Positions 30,162 to 40,392 of a stretch of DNA of 59,464 nt are shown here, piece by piece. The position numbers were made by a program, and so were the translations under genes. The stretch is from NCBI GenBank assembly GCA_963817385.1, contig CAWFOM010000018.1, positions 1 through 59,464 of the forward strand, in the 5' to 3' direction. Each line of letters opens with the position of its first letter. The first letter of the stretch is position 1. Source of the DNA: an uncultured delta proteobacterium (GTDB taxonomy: Bacteria > Desulfobacterota > Syntrophia > Syntrophales > UBA5619). The notes under the pieces were generated by a model that was given only the letters and a program-made list of their open reading frames with translations, did no database searches and was not told where the DNA came from.

Positions 30162-31637
30162 ATGAGTGAGCAAAAACAGGAAGAACTTGAGCGCGCAGGT
30201 TGCGGTCCGGTCTTTGAAGTGACGGATCTGCCGGAGCCGCCGCGGGATCTCAATGCGAAGAAACTCTTCGCCATCTTGGGACCGGCGGTCATCGCCCTCG
30301 GCGGGACAATCGGCGGCGGCGAGTGGCTTGTCGGACCGTCGCTCTTCGTCAAATGGGGCCTCGGCCTCCTCTGGATCACTACAGTTTCGGCGTTGCTCCA
30401 GGTTTTTCTCAACCTGGAGATGTGCCGTTACACCCTCTATACCGGCGAGCCGATCACCGTCGGTTTCATGCGGCTAAAACCCGGAAAGGCTTTCTGGGGC
30501 TGGCTTTTCACCATCGTTGGATTTATGGAGCGGGGGCTTCCGGGATGGGCGCTGGGCACAGCGACAGCCATCGCGGCATTTCAACTGGGCAAAATCCCCG
30601 GCGCCGGTGACAGCAGCACGGTCACGATGTGGGGGATCGTTGTCTTCATCTCCTGTGCCGTCATCATCACCATGGGACGAACGATCGAACGGACGCTTGA
30701 ATGGATGAACTGGGCCATGATGATCATCGTCCTGGGGGGACTCTTTCTCCTTGATCTCTACATCGTACCTGCTTCGGTTTGGCTGGATGGCCTGAAGGGG
30801 TTCGTGAGTTTCGGTTACATACCCCAGGGGGTGGATGTCCTGCTCCTGGGCGCCCTGGTCGGCTACTCAGCCTACGGCGGCTTCGGGAACAACGCGATCA
30901 CCAACTGGTACCGGGACAAGGGGTACGGGATGGGGGGGAAGGTCGGGTACATCCCGGCCGCGATCGGCGGGAAGGTGATCCATGTCTCACCCCACGGCAA
31001 GGTCCCGCCGATGAATGCGAAGAATATCGACAGCTGGAAGGGGTGGTGGAAGCTCCTGAACATCGACCAATGGGGGGTCTTCTACCTCGGGGCGATGTTT
31101 GGGATGTTCCTCCCCGGCATCCTCTACGTGGGTGTCCTCCCGGCGGGGCAGGCGCTCCCGAGCTGGGGGATCGCCGCCTCCTCCGCGAGCGGCCTGATCC
31201 TCAAACTGGGCAATTTCGGATGGTTTCTGGCCCTCTTCTTCGGTTTTTGGGTCATGTATTCGACCGCGATCAGCAACGTCGATCTGGTGGTCCGCCAGAG
31301 TACGGACATGCTCTGGTTCGCCCAGCCCGGTATCCGTAAATGGGCGAAGGAAGACATCCGGAAGATCTACTACACCCTCCTTGTTGTTTTCGTCATCTGG
31401 GGTTTGATGTATGTGAACATCACCCTCCCGCTCATCATCTTCGCGGTCAGTGCCAATATCGCCAACTTCACGATGGCCCTCTCGGCGGCCGCAACCATCC
31501 GTCTGAACCGGAAAGTCCTCCCGCCGGAGTTCCGGCCCGCCGTGTGGCGCGAGATTGTTCTGATCCTGAATGTCCTCTTTTTCGGATTCTTCTTCACGAT
31601 GTTTATCACCCTCAAGGTCTTGGGAATCAAATTCTAA
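30162..31637 (+). CDS. Nramp/APC-fold secondary transporter, substrate unknown
   Basis: LGPAVIALGGTIGGGEW, RYTLYTGE, many TM segments. Confidence 0.75.
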   Translation: MSEQKQEELERAGCGPVFEVTDLPEPPRDLNAKKLFAILGPAVIALGGTIGGGEWLVGPSLFVKWGLGLLWITTVSALLQVFLNLEMCRYTLYTGEPITVGFMRLKPGKAFWGWLFTIVGFMERGLPGWALGTATAIAAFQLGKIPGAGDSSTVTMWGIVVFISCAVIITMGRTIERTLEWMNWAMMIIVLGGLFLLDLYIVPASVWLDGLKGFVSFGYIPQGVDVLLLGALVGYSAYGGFGNNAITNWYRDKGYGMGGKVGYIPAAIGGKVIHVSPHGKVPPMNAKNIDSWKGWWKLLNIDQWGVFYLGAMFGMFLPGILYVGVLPAGQALPSWGIAASSASGLILKLGNFGWFLALFFGFWVMYSTAISNVDLVVRQSTDMLWFAQPGIRKWAKEDIRKIYYTLLVVFVIWGLMYVNITLPLIIFAVSANIANFTMALSAAATIRLNRKVLPPEFRPAVWREIVLILNVLFFGFFFTMFITLKVLGIKF

Positions 31638-31956
31638 TCTCTTTCCGGGGACCGGCGGCCGGGGAGCGGCCGCCGGTCTCCACTCTCTATGGATGAATGA
31701 TACAGGGATGAGGAAGCTATTCCGGTTGCTGCAACGGCATGGCATTAGGGAAGGGCTGCTATGCCCCGCCGCTTCACGACTTTGCGCCGATATACGCGTC
31801 CGGGAGACTGTCAGGGGATCGAACGGCATCAAGAGATCTCCTTATCCAGGGCCTTTACAAACGGGGGCACTTGGTATAAGTTGCTCACCATCATCTGTCA
31901 AAACACTCGGTAACGAGCGGTTTGTTTCTTCCCTTGAGAAATAAAGGAGGTGTCGG

Positions 31957-32508
31957 ATGGCCCGAAAAAAAGGCGAAAAGAGATCCCTCGGCCAACGGAT
32001 GAAGACCGGCCGGGAGAAGATGGGGATGAGCGTCGAAGACCTCGCTCTGGAAACGGGATATCTTCCGGAGATCCTCAAAGAGGTCGAAGAGAACCGGACC
32101 GTGCCGCCCGTTTCCCTTGTCCTCCAGCTCAGCCGTATCCTGAAGCTGAACATGGATGAGTTGGAGAGCGAGGAGGAGACGCAAGCGACGAAGCGGAGGT
32201 CCAAAAGCCATAAGAAGCGGGTCGACTCCTATGCCTACACCCCGCTCAGCAAGCCGGGGACGGACAAGCATCTGCGCGGCTACCTGGTCACGATCGATCC
32301 TCTCACCGACCATAAGGGGGTGGAATACCACCACGAGGGGGAGGAGTTCGACTTCGTCCTCGAGGGGAAGGTCACCCTCCAGGTGGGCGAGAACGTCTCC
32401 GTGCTGGCGAAAGGGGAGAGCATCCATTTCAATTCCGCCCTCCATCACAAACTGAGCAACCCCAATCCGGAAGAGGCAAAACTGCTGGTCGTCATCTACG
32501 TGCCCTGA
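31957..32508 (+). CDS. XRE HTH plus cupin transcriptional regulator
   Basis: N-terminal HTH; HEGEEFDFVLEG and GESIHFNSALHH. Confidence 0.9.
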   Translation: MARKKGEKRSLGQRMKTGREKMGMSVEDLALETGYLPEILKEVEENRTVPPVSLVLQLSRILKLNMDELESEEETQATKRRSKSHKKRVDSYAYTPLSKPGTDKHLRGYLVTIDPLTDHKGVEYHHEGEEFDFVLEGKVTLQVGENVSVLAKGESIHFNSALHHKLSNPNPEEAKLLVVIYVP

Positions 32509-32518
32509 GGAGGATGCC

Positions 32519-33658
32519 ATGTCATTTCAACTGACCTCGGAACAGGAGATGATCCGGCTGATGGCCCAGGACTTCGCCAAGCAGGAGCTGGAGCCCTTCG
32601 CCGGGCGGTGGGACCGGGAGGAGACATTCCCCCAAAAGGCGATCGAAAAGATGGGAGGACTGGGATTGATGGGGATGATGATCCCTGTCGAATACGGCGG
32701 CGCCGGGGCGGGCGCGGTCAGCTACTCCCTCGCCCTCCAGGAGATTGCCTATGCCTGCGCCTCTACGGCGGTGACGATGTCGGTGACGAATCTCTCCTCC
32801 GATCCGATTCTCAAGTTCGGGACCGAGGAGCAGAGATTGCGCTACCTGACGCCCCTTGCCCGAGGGGAGATGCTCGGGGCCTTTGCCGTGACGGAGCCTG
32901 ATGCAGGCTCCGATCCGGGGAGCATGACCACGCGCGCCGAAGAGCGGGGCGACCACTACCTCATCAACGGCTCGAAGATCTTCATTACCAACGGTTCCCA
33001 TGCCGATGTCATTGTCCTCGTCACCCGGACCGGTTCGGAGAAGACGAACCGCGGCCTTTCCGCATTTCTCCTCACTAAGGGGACGCCGGGGTTCACGGTC
33101 GGTCGGCGGGAGAAAAAGATGGGAATCCGCGCCTCCGATACGGTCGAGCTCCTCTTTGACGACTGCCGAATCCCGAAGGAGAACCTGTTGGGGAAAGAAG
33201 GTGTCGGCTTCAAGATCGCGATGGTTGCCCTCGACAGCGGTCGGATCGGGATCGCCTCCCAGTCGCTCGGGATCGCCCGAGCCTGCCTTGATGAGTCGAT
33301 ACGGTACGCCAAGACACGCAGACAGTTCGGCAGGGGCATCGGCTCATTTCAGGCAATCCAGTGGATGATCGCCGATACCGCCGCCGAGATCGAGGCGGCC
33401 AACTGGCTCACCCTCTACGCCGCCGACCGGAAGGATCAGGGGCTTCCGTTCACGAAGGAGGCGTCGATGGCGAAGCTCTTCGCCTCTGAGATGGCCAACC
33501 GCGTGGCATACCGCGCCGTCCAGATCCATGGCGGTTACGGATACATGAATGAGTACAAGGTGGAGCGGTTGTACCGGGATGCGCGCGTGACTTCGATCTA
33601 CGAGGGGACCTCCGAGGTCCAGCGAATCGTCATTGCCCGGGAGGTCATGCAGGACTGA
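32519..33658 (+). CDS. Acyl-CoA dehydrogenase (butyryl-CoA dehydrogenase-like)
   Basis: FAVTEPDAGSD, GSKIFITN, KMGIRAS, RRQFG, QIHGGYGY, IYEGTSEVQR. Confidence 0.95.
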   Translation: MSFQLTSEQEMIRLMAQDFAKQELEPFAGRWDREETFPQKAIEKMGGLGLMGMMIPVEYGGAGAGAVSYSLALQEIAYACASTAVTMSVTNLSSDPILKFGTEEQRLRYLTPLARGEMLGAFAVTEPDAGSDPGSMTTRAEERGDHYLINGSKIFITNGSHADVIVLVTRTGSEKTNRGLSAFLLTKGTPGFTVGRREKKMGIRASDTVELLFDDCRIPKENLLGKEGVGFKIAMVALDSGRIGIASQSLGIARACLDESIRYAKTRRQFGRGIGSFQAIQWMIADTAAEIEAANWLTLYAADRKDQGLPFTKEASMAKLFASEMANRVAYRAVQIHGGYGYMNEYKVERLYRDARVTSIYEGTSEVQRIVIAREVMQD

Positions 33659-33662
33659 TACT

Positions 33663-34865
33663 ATGGTGTTCAACTCTTCCTACGATACCAGCAGGATCGC
33701 CATCATCGGGCCGGGCAGGCTGGGGACCTCATTCGCTTACAAATTCGGCAGGGATAACAAGCGGGTGATCGTTTACTACCATGACATCGATGTCTGCAAG
33801 GCGATCAACCGGGACCATTTGAATCCCCGGCACCTCACCGACGACCTCGCACGACGTCTCGGCGGGATGGACAAGGTTCCCCGGTTCTCCCCGAAGGTCT
33901 ATGCGACGAACAACCTCGAACGCGTTGTCGAGGACAACGACTTCATCTTTCTCTCCGTCACGATGGACCGGCTTCCGGAGGTCCTCAATCAGATAAAGCC
34001 GATCCTGGAGAAGAAAAGTGCGCGTACCTGCTTTATTTCGGCGATCAAGGGATTGACCGTCAGCGAGATCAATCGCCGGCTCATCACCCCCTCGCGGCTC
34101 ATCTGCGGCGAATTCTTCAACTTGAAGGAGCAATTCGATGTGGTCTCCATCGGGGGGCCTTTCTTCGACGTGGACATTGCCCTGGGCAATCCCGTCTGCC
34201 TCGCCGTAGCGGGGAGAAAGGAGGTCTGCCGGATCGTCGGGAAGGAGTTCATCGGTTCCAACCGGCGGGAGCTCACCTCGTTCTACAATTTTGACGCCAT
34301 CGGAATCGAGATCTGCGGTGCCCTGAAGAACATAGGGGCCAACATTATGGGGGTGACGGACTGTCTCAACCTCGGCGACTCGATTCCGGGGACGATCTTT
34401 TCCCGATCCGGCGTCGAGATGCGGTCCCTTTCCCGTCTCCTCGGCGGGAGTTTTCAGGCCTTCCAGAGCCAGGCCGGCGTGGGGGACATGTATATCACCC
34501 TTTCCTCGGATTCGAGCAAGAATCACCGCTACGGCAGGTTCTTCTATGAACTCTTCACCGGGAATTCGATCGAGACCCATCTGAAGGTCCTGCAGCAGAT
34601 CGACGGAAAGCCGGAGGGGCCGAACACCATCATCAACGTGCACAAGTATCTGGAAAAGCGCAATATGTACAGCCCGCTCTTCCACTGCGCCTACAAGATC
34701 TTCAACGAGGATCGGAGCCGGGAGGAAATCCGGGAGCGGATCATCCAGGCGACGCAGTTCGACCGGCGGACGAAGGAGTACATCGGTCCCGTATCGCGCT
34801 TCCTTTACCGGCTCTTCCCGAACCTCTGGTATCGGCGCCACCATGGCTTCCTCGCGAACCCGTAA
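33663..34865 (+). CDS. Divergent NAD(P)H-dependent glycerol-3-phosphate dehydrogenase-like protein
   Basis: IAIIGPGRLG, SAIKG, GIEICGALKN, AGVGDMYIT, SKN, EG. Confidence 0.7.
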   Translation: MVFNSSYDTSRIAIIGPGRLGTSFAYKFGRDNKRVIVYYHDIDVCKAINRDHLNPRHLTDDLARRLGGMDKVPRFSPKVYATNNLERVVEDNDFIFLSVTMDRLPEVLNQIKPILEKKSARTCFISAIKGLTVSEINRRLITPSRLICGEFFNLKEQFDVVSIGGPFFDVDIALGNPVCLAVAGRKEVCRIVGKEFIGSNRRELTSFYNFDAIGIEICGALKNIGANIMGVTDCLNLGDSIPGTIFSRSGVEMRSLSRLLGGSFQAFQSQAGVGDMYITLSSDSSKNHRYGRFFYELFTGNSIETHLKVLQQIDGKPEGPNTIINVHKYLEKRNMYSPLFHCAYKIFNEDRSREEIRERIIQATQFDRRTKEYIGPVSRFLYRLFPNLWYRRHHGFLANP

Positions 34866-34997
34866 ATAGTTTCCGAATGAAAACCAATCGTGTCTCATCC
34901 GGAGATTCCGTGGATGGGCACTAAATAAATTCTTGACATCTGTTTTTTGCCTGTGTTAGGGAAATGCAAAATCGTTGGTGAACGGCTAAACGTGAAA

Positions 34998-35060
34998 ATG
35001 GATATACACGGAATATCGTTGTTTTGGCGGTGGCAGACCTCAACAGTCTGCCCGCGTTAG
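34998..35060 (+). CDS. Putative Trp leader peptide MDIHGISLFWRWQTSTVCPR
   Basis: 20-codon uORF with two Trp codons upstream of trpB2, followed by alternative hairpins. Confidence 0.7.
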   Translation: MDIHGISLFWRWQTSTVCPR

Positions 35061-35122
35061 CGCTCTGTAAATGAGCCGTGGGCAGGGCGGACCCTTCCCA
35101 TGTCTCGAGGATGACCGGAGAT

Positions 35123-35152
35123 AAAGCCATGGGAAGTTCCCATGGCTTTTTT
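35123..35152 (+). terminator. Attenuator terminator in the trpB2 leader
   Basis: AAAGCCATGGGAA-G-TTCCCATGGCTTT plus T-tract, ~60 bp before trpB2 ATG. Confidence 0.8.
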
Positions 35153-35209
35153 GGTTTGATGTTTTTTGAAGCGCGCCATTGAAAGTAAACAACAAAAAGG
35201 AGACGGATT

Positions 35210-36574
35210 ATGGAACAGCTGAAGGTCGTTCTGGCGGATCACGAGATTCCGAAGCAATGGTACAACATCCAGGCGGATTTGCCCAAACCCATGAGTCCCC
35301 CCCTCCATCCCGGGACGGGAAAGCCGGTCGGCCCGGGGGATCTCGGCCCGATCTTTCCGATGAACCTCATCGAGCAGGAGGTAAGCCAGGAGCGATGGAT
35401 CGACATTCCCGGCGAGGTCCTCGACAAATACCTGATCTGGCGGCCCAGCCCTCTCTGCCGGGCGCGGAATTTCGAAAAGCTCCTCGATGCCCCGGTGAAG
35501 ATCTACTACAAGTACGAGGGATCGAGCCCGGCCGGCTCCCACAAGCCGAACACCGCAATCCCGCAGGCTTACTACAACAAGGTCTTCGGGGTGAAACGGC
35601 TTTCCACCGAGACCGGCGCCGGTCAGTGGGGGAGCGCCCTAGCAATGGCCTGCAGTATGTTCGGCCTGGAATGCCGGGTCTTCATGGTCCGGGTGAGCTA
35701 TGATCAGAAACCCTACCGGCGGATGATGATGAACACCTGGGGGGCCGAGTGCATTCCGAGCCCCAGCGACCGGACCGAGGCAGGGCGTCAGGTCATGGCC
35801 GAGCACCCCGATTCCCCCGGCAGCCTCGGGATCGCGATCAGCGAGGCGGTGGAGGACGCGGTTGCCGGGGGCAAGGATTCCCGGTATTCACTCGGAAGTG
35901 TCTTGAACCACGTCCTGCTCCACCAGACGATCATCGGCCTGGAGGCGCAAAAGCAGTTTGAAAAGATCGGGGTGTATCCCGACGTGGTGATCGGGTGCGC
36001 CGGGGGCGGGAGCAATTTTGCCGGGATCTCGCTTCCGTTTGTCCGCGACAAGATCCACGGAAAACAGGTGCGGGTCGTCGGGGCCGAACCGGCCTCCTGT
36101 CCGACAATGACGCGGGGGCCCTTCGCCTATGACTTCGGCGATCTGGCAAAAAAGACGCCGCTGTTGCCGATGTACACACTCGGCCATGACTATGTGCCGG
36201 CGCCGATCCACGCCGGAGGGCTCCGCTACCACGGGATGGCGCCGATCGTTAGCCACCTCCTGCGTGAAGGGCTGATCGAGGCGACGGCATACGACCAGCT
36301 CGAAACCTTCCAGGCCGGCGTCCAGTGGGCGCGGACGGAGGGGGTCATCCCCGCCCCGGAGACCAACCACGCCATCGCGGCGGTAGTCGCGGAGGCGCGT
36401 CGTGCGAAGGAGGAGGGGAAGGAGAAGACGATCCTCTTCAACTTCAGCGGCCATGGGATGGTCGATCTTGCTGCTTATGACGCATACCTCACCGGAAAGC
36501 TGATCCCCTATCAACTTCCCGATGAGGAAATCCAGCGGGCGCTCAAGGCGATCGCGGGGTTCCCGAAGCCGTAG
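35210..36574 (+). CDS. trpB2: Tryptophan synthase beta chain, type 2
   Basis: [14 protein letters not shown] (PLP lysine), [31 protein letters not shown]. Confidence 0.96.
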   Translation: MEQLKVVLADHEIPKQWYNIQADLPKPMSPPLHPGTGKPVGPGDLGPIFPMNLIEQEVSQERWIDIPGEVLDKYLIWRPSPLCRARNFEKLLDAPVKIYYKYEGSSPAGSHKPNTAIPQAYYNKVFGVKRLSTETGAGQWGSALAMACSMFGLECRVFMVRVSYDQKPYRRMMMNTWGAECIPSPSDRTEAGRQVMAEHPDSPGSLGIAISEAVEDAVAGGKDSRYSLGSVLNHVLLHQTIIGLEAQKQFEKIGVYPDVVIGCAGGGSNFAGISLPFVRDKIHGKQVRVVGAEPASCPTMTRGPFAYDFGDLAKKTPLLPMYTLGHDYVPAPIHAGGLRYHGMAPIVSHLLREGLIEATAYDQLETFQAGVQWARTEGVIPAPETNHAIAAVVAEARRAKEEGKEKTILFNFSGHGMVDLAAYDAYLTGKLIPYQLPDEEIQRALKAIAGFPKP

Positions 36575-36590
36575 CGATTCCGGTACCGGA

Positions 36591-36621
36591 TATTCCTCCC
36601 CCCGGCCTGGGGGGAGGAATA
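36591..36621. terminator. Strong hairpin after trpB2
   Basis: TATTCCTCCCCCC...GGGGGGAGGAATA inverted repeat. Confidence 0.55.
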
Positions 36622-36806
36622 AAATGGGGAGCCGAACAGGCCTGCCTCCGTGTCGTTGCCTGCCGCCAAGGTACTAGCCCTGTATTCCCCGATGATCTTC
36701 TCGACGGCGACCTTTTACCGGCGGCGGATAACCGCCCGGTCTACGTGCACCGTTCGCCGAGGCAAAGCAGAAATCCCCGTAATTCCGAAAGAGAGATGCG
36801 TGTCTT

Positions 36807-36860
36807 GACCTAAAGGTCTGTCCTAAAGGTCTTGACAGACTGTCCCGTACCCACTACAGT
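36807..36860 (+). promoter_or_regulatory. menA promoter with tandem operator-like repeats
   Basis: TTGACA-17 bp-TACAGT (36832-36860); CCTAAAGGTCT at 36809 and 36822. Confidence 0.55.
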
Positions 36861-36900
36861 ACAACCCGGTGCAGGAAAAGAGAAGGGTAGGAAACCATTT

Positions 36901-37797
36901 ATGTTAGACCGTGTCCGGCAGTACATTATTGCGACCCGTCCGTGGTCGTTCACCATGTCCCTCATCTCCGTTTCCGTGGGGACCCTTCTGGCTACCGAGG
37001 AGGGGCCGATTTCCTGGGCCTGGTATCTGCTTGTCGCGGTGGGCATTACCGTTTTTCACGCCGCGGCCAATGTGATCAACGACTACTTCGATACCCGGTA
37101 TCAGATCGACCAGCAGGATTCGCCGACGGCGAAATACCGGCCCCAGCCCATCCTCTCCGGGATGCTCACCCCTCGTCAGCTCCTGGGAGAAGCGATCGTA
37201 CTATTCGCATTGACTTTCGTCATCGGCATGGCGGCGGCGGTGGTCCTTTCCTGGCATATCTTGTGGATCGGGTTCGTCGGGTTTCTGACCAGCGTGTACT
37301 ACACGGCGGGCCCCGTCAAGTTCAAGTACCGCGCCCTGGGAGAGTTGGCCGTTTTCGTGGTATGGGGCCCTCTGATGATCGAAGGGGCTTATGCCGTCCA
37401 GCGCCATGCCCTTTCGGGAAAGGCCTTCATCATTTCGGTTCCCTTCGGGGTTATTGTCGCACTCGTTCTTTTTGCCAACAACATGCGGGACATGGCATAT
37501 GACTCGCGGCAGAACATAAAAACCCTCAGCACCCTGCTGGGAGATCGCCGGAGTTACCTGCTCTTCGCCGGTCTGATCGCCCTGGCCTATACCTACGTCC
37601 TCGGGATGATCGTAATGGGCGTCATGAGTCTGTGGGGCCTGCTGATCTTCCTCTCCGTTCCCAGCGCAATCGGTCTTCTGAAAACCTTCAAAAAGGAGAT
37701 CCCCGACATGGCTGATGCCCTGACGGCGAAGTTTGACACGGTCTTCGGGGTTCTTCTCATCCTGGCCATTTTCCTCGAAGCAAGGTTTGCCCGTTGA
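36901..37797 (+). CDS. menA: UbiA-family prenyltransferase, MenA-like
   Basis: ATRPWSF, NVINDYFD, YTAGP.KFKYRALGE, NNMRD...D. Confidence 0.85.
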   Translation: MLDRVRQYIIATRPWSFTMSLISVSVGTLLATEEGPISWAWYLLVAVGITVFHAAANVINDYFDTRYQIDQQDSPTAKYRPQPILSGMLTPRQLLGEAIVLFALTFVIGMAAAVVLSWHILWIGFVGFLTSVYYTAGPVKFKYRALGELAVFVVWGPLMIEGAYAVQRHALSGKAFIISVPFGVIVALVLFANNMRDMAYDSRQNIKTLSTLLGDRRSYLLFAGLIALAYTYVLGMIVMGVMSLWGLLIFLSVPSAIGLLKTFKKEIPDMADALTAKFDTVFGVLLILAIFLEARFAR

Positions 37798-38384
37798 TCA
37801 CCGGCGCCATTCTCCTCAGTCTTGCCTGCTGGGCCGTCACCTTTGGGATCGCCTGGGGAAACTTCTGGGTCAAGATCGGTTTGTCCGTGACGATCATCTG
37901 CCTCTACTCCCTGATCTGGCAGAGGCCGAAATTCCGACTCAACCGGAAAAACATCCTCACGGGTATCCTTTCTGCGGCGGTCCTGTACGGACTTTTTGCC
38001 CTGGGAAACCTCCTGGCGCCATACATCATCCCGGGGGCGGGCACGCAAGTCGGCGGGATTTACGGCCTGGGAACGGGAACGGACCGGATTTACATATTCC
38101 TGCTCTTATGCTTTATCACCGGCCCCGGCGAGGAGATCTTCTGGCGGGGTTTTCTTCAGGAGAACCTCATGCAGCGGTTTGGCGACCTACGGGGATTGGT
38201 GATGGGGACCCTCATCTACGGCGGGGTCCATCTCTTTTCGATGAATCTCATGCTGATCCTGGCTGCTTGGACAGCCGGCGCCTTCTGGGGGGCACTCTAC
38301 CTCTGGAAACGGGACCTGGGACTGGTCATTGTATCGCACTCCCTTTGGAGCGCCTTCATTTTTGCTGTTTTCCCCGTCCACTGA
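37794..38384 (+). CDS. CPBP (CAAX/Abi) intramembrane metalloprotease
   Basis: EEIFWRG, YGGVH, SHSLW. Confidence 0.88.
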   Translation: MITGAILLSLACWAVTFGIAWGNFWVKIGLSVTIICLYSLIWQRPKFRLNRKNILTGILSAAVLYGLFALGNLLAPYIIPGAGTQVGGIYGLGTGTDRIYIFLLLCFITGPGEEIFWRGFLQENLMQRFGDLRGLVMGTLIYGGVHLFSMNLMLILAAWTAGAFWGALYLWKRDLGLVIVSHSLWSAFIFAVFPVH

Positions 38385-38428
38385 CAGGCTGTCGGAAGTT
38401 TCCGTCGAGGGGTTTTGTGGGAGTTGGT

Positions 38429-38695
38429 ATGGAGCCGTATCGCGATCTGATGATGAGGTGCCCGCGTCTCGGCGGCGAGGTCACCTTTTCCTATTGCGAA
38501 CGGGAGGCGGGGGAGTTCCCCTGCCGGCAGGTTGTCCGGTGCTGGGAGGCCGGCTTCCCGGTGGAGGCCTACCTCCGTAAGACCCTGACGCCTGAAGCCT
38601 GGGAGCGCTTCTGCGGTCAGATGCAGAAGGACCGGGTGACGACGCTCCTCGATCTTGCCGGGGCGGCGAAGCGGCGTCTGAAGCCAAATCAATAA
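38429..38695 (+). CDS. Small Cys-containing hypothetical protein
   Basis: RCPRLGGEVTFSYC...PC...CW; GGAG before ATG. Confidence 0.7.
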   Translation: MEPYRDLMMRCPRLGGEVTFSYCEREAGEFPCRQVVRCWEAGFPVEAYLRKTLTPEAWERFCGQMQKDRVTTLLDLAGAAKRRLKPNQ

Positions 38696-38795
38696 CGGCG
38701 GATTGCCGAAAGACGGCGCCTTGTACCCCACCTTCGGCACGGGAGCTTAAAGAGGTTTTCCCCTGACAGTGGGGCGGAACTTCAAAGAGGGTGCT

Positions 38796-40148
38796 ATGGA
38801 TCTGTTCGATCAGCAGGATGGGAAAAGCGACAACCGGCCGCTTGCCGAACGGATGCGGCCGAGGACCCTCGAAGAGTACGTAGGCCAGAGACACCTCATC
38901 GGTACGGAGAGCCTCCTCCGCAGAGCCGTCGCGGAGGACCGCCTCTTCTCGGTCATCTTCTGGGGGCCGCCCGGCTCGGGGAAGACGACGCTTGCCAGGA
39001 TCCTGGCCCAGGAGACGAAGTCACACTTCGTCAGCTTTTCGGCCGTCCTCTCCGGGGTGAAGGAGATCAGGGGTGTCGTCGAGGAGGCGACCGAGCGGTG
39101 GCGCCTTCACCGGCGCAAGACGATCCTCTTTGTGGATGAGATCCACCGCTTCAACAAGGCCCAGCAGGACGCCTTCCTCCCCCATGTGGAGAGCGGACTG
39201 ATCACCCTGATCGGCGCCACGACGGAGAATCCCTCCTTCGAGGTGATAGCCCCACTCCTCTCTCGGATGCGCGTCCTGACGCTGAAGCCTTTTACGGAAG
39301 AAGACCTTGCCTTGATTGTCCAGACAGCCCTTACGGACTGCGAGAGGGGATTGGGAGGACTCGGCATTGAGATGGAGCCGGAGGCGCTCGCGCACATTGT
39401 CTGGTCCGCCGACGGGGATGCCCGCTCCGCTTTGAATAGCCTCGAAGCGGCTGCGTCACTCGCGGACAAGGCGGGAGAAACGGGGCGAAAAATTACCCGT
39501 TCCTTCGTCGAGGAGGCGATCCAGAAGAAGGCGCTCCAGTACGACAAGAGCGGAGAGGAGCATTACAATCTCATCTCGGCCCTTCACAAGAGCCTCCGGG
39601 GGAGCGATCCCGATGCGGCCCTCTACTGGCTCGGCCGGATGCTGATGGCCGGCGAGGAGCCGCTCTACATCGCGCGGCGGATGATCCGCTTCGCCTCCGA
39701 GGACGTCGGGAACGCCGACCCCCGTGCCCTCAGCATCGCCGTCGACGCCATGCAGGCCTTCCATTTTCTCGGCTCACCGGAAGGGGAACTGGCCCTGGCC
39801 CAGGCGGTCGTCTACCTTGCCACCGCCCCGAAGAGCAACGCCCTGTATGCCGGCTACGGCCTGGTCAAAGCGACGATCGAGAAGACGGGGTCTCTCCCGG
39901 TCCCTCTGCGTATCCGGAACGCCCCGACGAAACTGATGCAGTCGCTGGAGTACGGCAAGGGTTACCTCTATGCCCACGACTTCGCCGAGGGCTATGTCCC
40001 GCAGGAGTACCTCCCGGATGAAATCCGAGGGCAAGGGCCCCTGTTCTACCGGCCGACCGACAGGGGATATGAGAAGATCATCGGGGAGAGGCTGGATCAG
40101 TGGCGAAAGATTCGCAAGGCGAATAGCGATAAGGAGGAAAAATCCTGA
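38796..40148 (+). CDS. rarA: Replication-associated recombination protein A
   Basis: PLAERMRP, GPPGSGKTT, DEIHRFNKAQQD, ISALHKSLRGSD, SEDVGNADP. Confidence 0.96.
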   Translation: MDLFDQQDGKSDNRPLAERMRPRTLEEYVGQRHLIGTESLLRRAVAEDRLFSVIFWGPPGSGKTTLARILAQETKSHFVSFSAVLSGVKEIRGVVEEATERWRLHRRKTILFVDEIHRFNKAQQDAFLPHVESGLITLIGATTENPSFEVIAPLLSRMRVLTLKPFTEEDLALIVQTALTDCERGLGGLGIEMEPEALAHIVWSADGDARSALNSLEAAASLADKAGETGRKITRSFVEEAIQKKALQYDKSGEEHYNLISALHKSLRGSDPDAALYWLGRMLMAGEEPLYIARRMIRFASEDVGNADPRALSIAVDAMQAFHFLGSPEGELALAQAVVYLATAPKSNALYAGYGLVKATIEKTGSLPVPLRIRNAPTKLMQSLEYGKGYLYAHDFAEGYVPQEYLPDEIRGQGPLFYRPTDRGYEKIIGERLDQWRKIRKANSDKEEKS

Positions 40149-40278
40149 ACGATACGCACAGCGTCGATTATCCTGTCCACTGCACCGGTGAAACACCGAT
40201 GGGATCCAGCATGACAGGGTGCAAATCAGCCCGGAAGCGGACGGGGAAGTTATCGAGGCGATGGGGCCTCCCGGATAG

Positions 40279-40310
40279 AAAAAGGGGAAGTTCCGTAGAA
40301 CCTCCCCCTT
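40279..40310 (-). terminator. Intrinsic terminator with cUACGg tetraloop
   Basis: Minus strand GGGGAGGTTC-TACG-GAACTTCCCC-TTTTT. Confidence 0.75.
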
Positions 40311-40366
40311 TGGTCGTTTTACTGTCGTCTGATCGTGCCCGCGTTCAGTCCACAGTTCGTTTTACT
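40279..40366 (-). ncRNA. Candidate sigma54-dependent small RNA (~88 nt)
   Basis: Lies between a -24/-12 promoter and a terminator; contains CAGTAAAACGA twice; no ATG. Confidence 0.55.
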
Positions 40367-40375
40367 GAATAGATC

Positions 40376-40392
40376 TTGCATCTCTTATGCCA
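40376..40392 (-). promoter_or_regulatory. Sigma54 -24/-12 promoter
   Basis: TGGCATAAGAGATGCAA (GG-N10-GC); AT-rich tract and dyads CGGCA-N5-TGTCG (40480) and TCGACA-N4-TGTCGA (40569) upstream. Confidence 0.7.

Noticed and set aside
35060..35150. T-box upstream of trpB2
   Set aside because: No T-box consensus or specifier stem; leader-peptide attenuation fits better.
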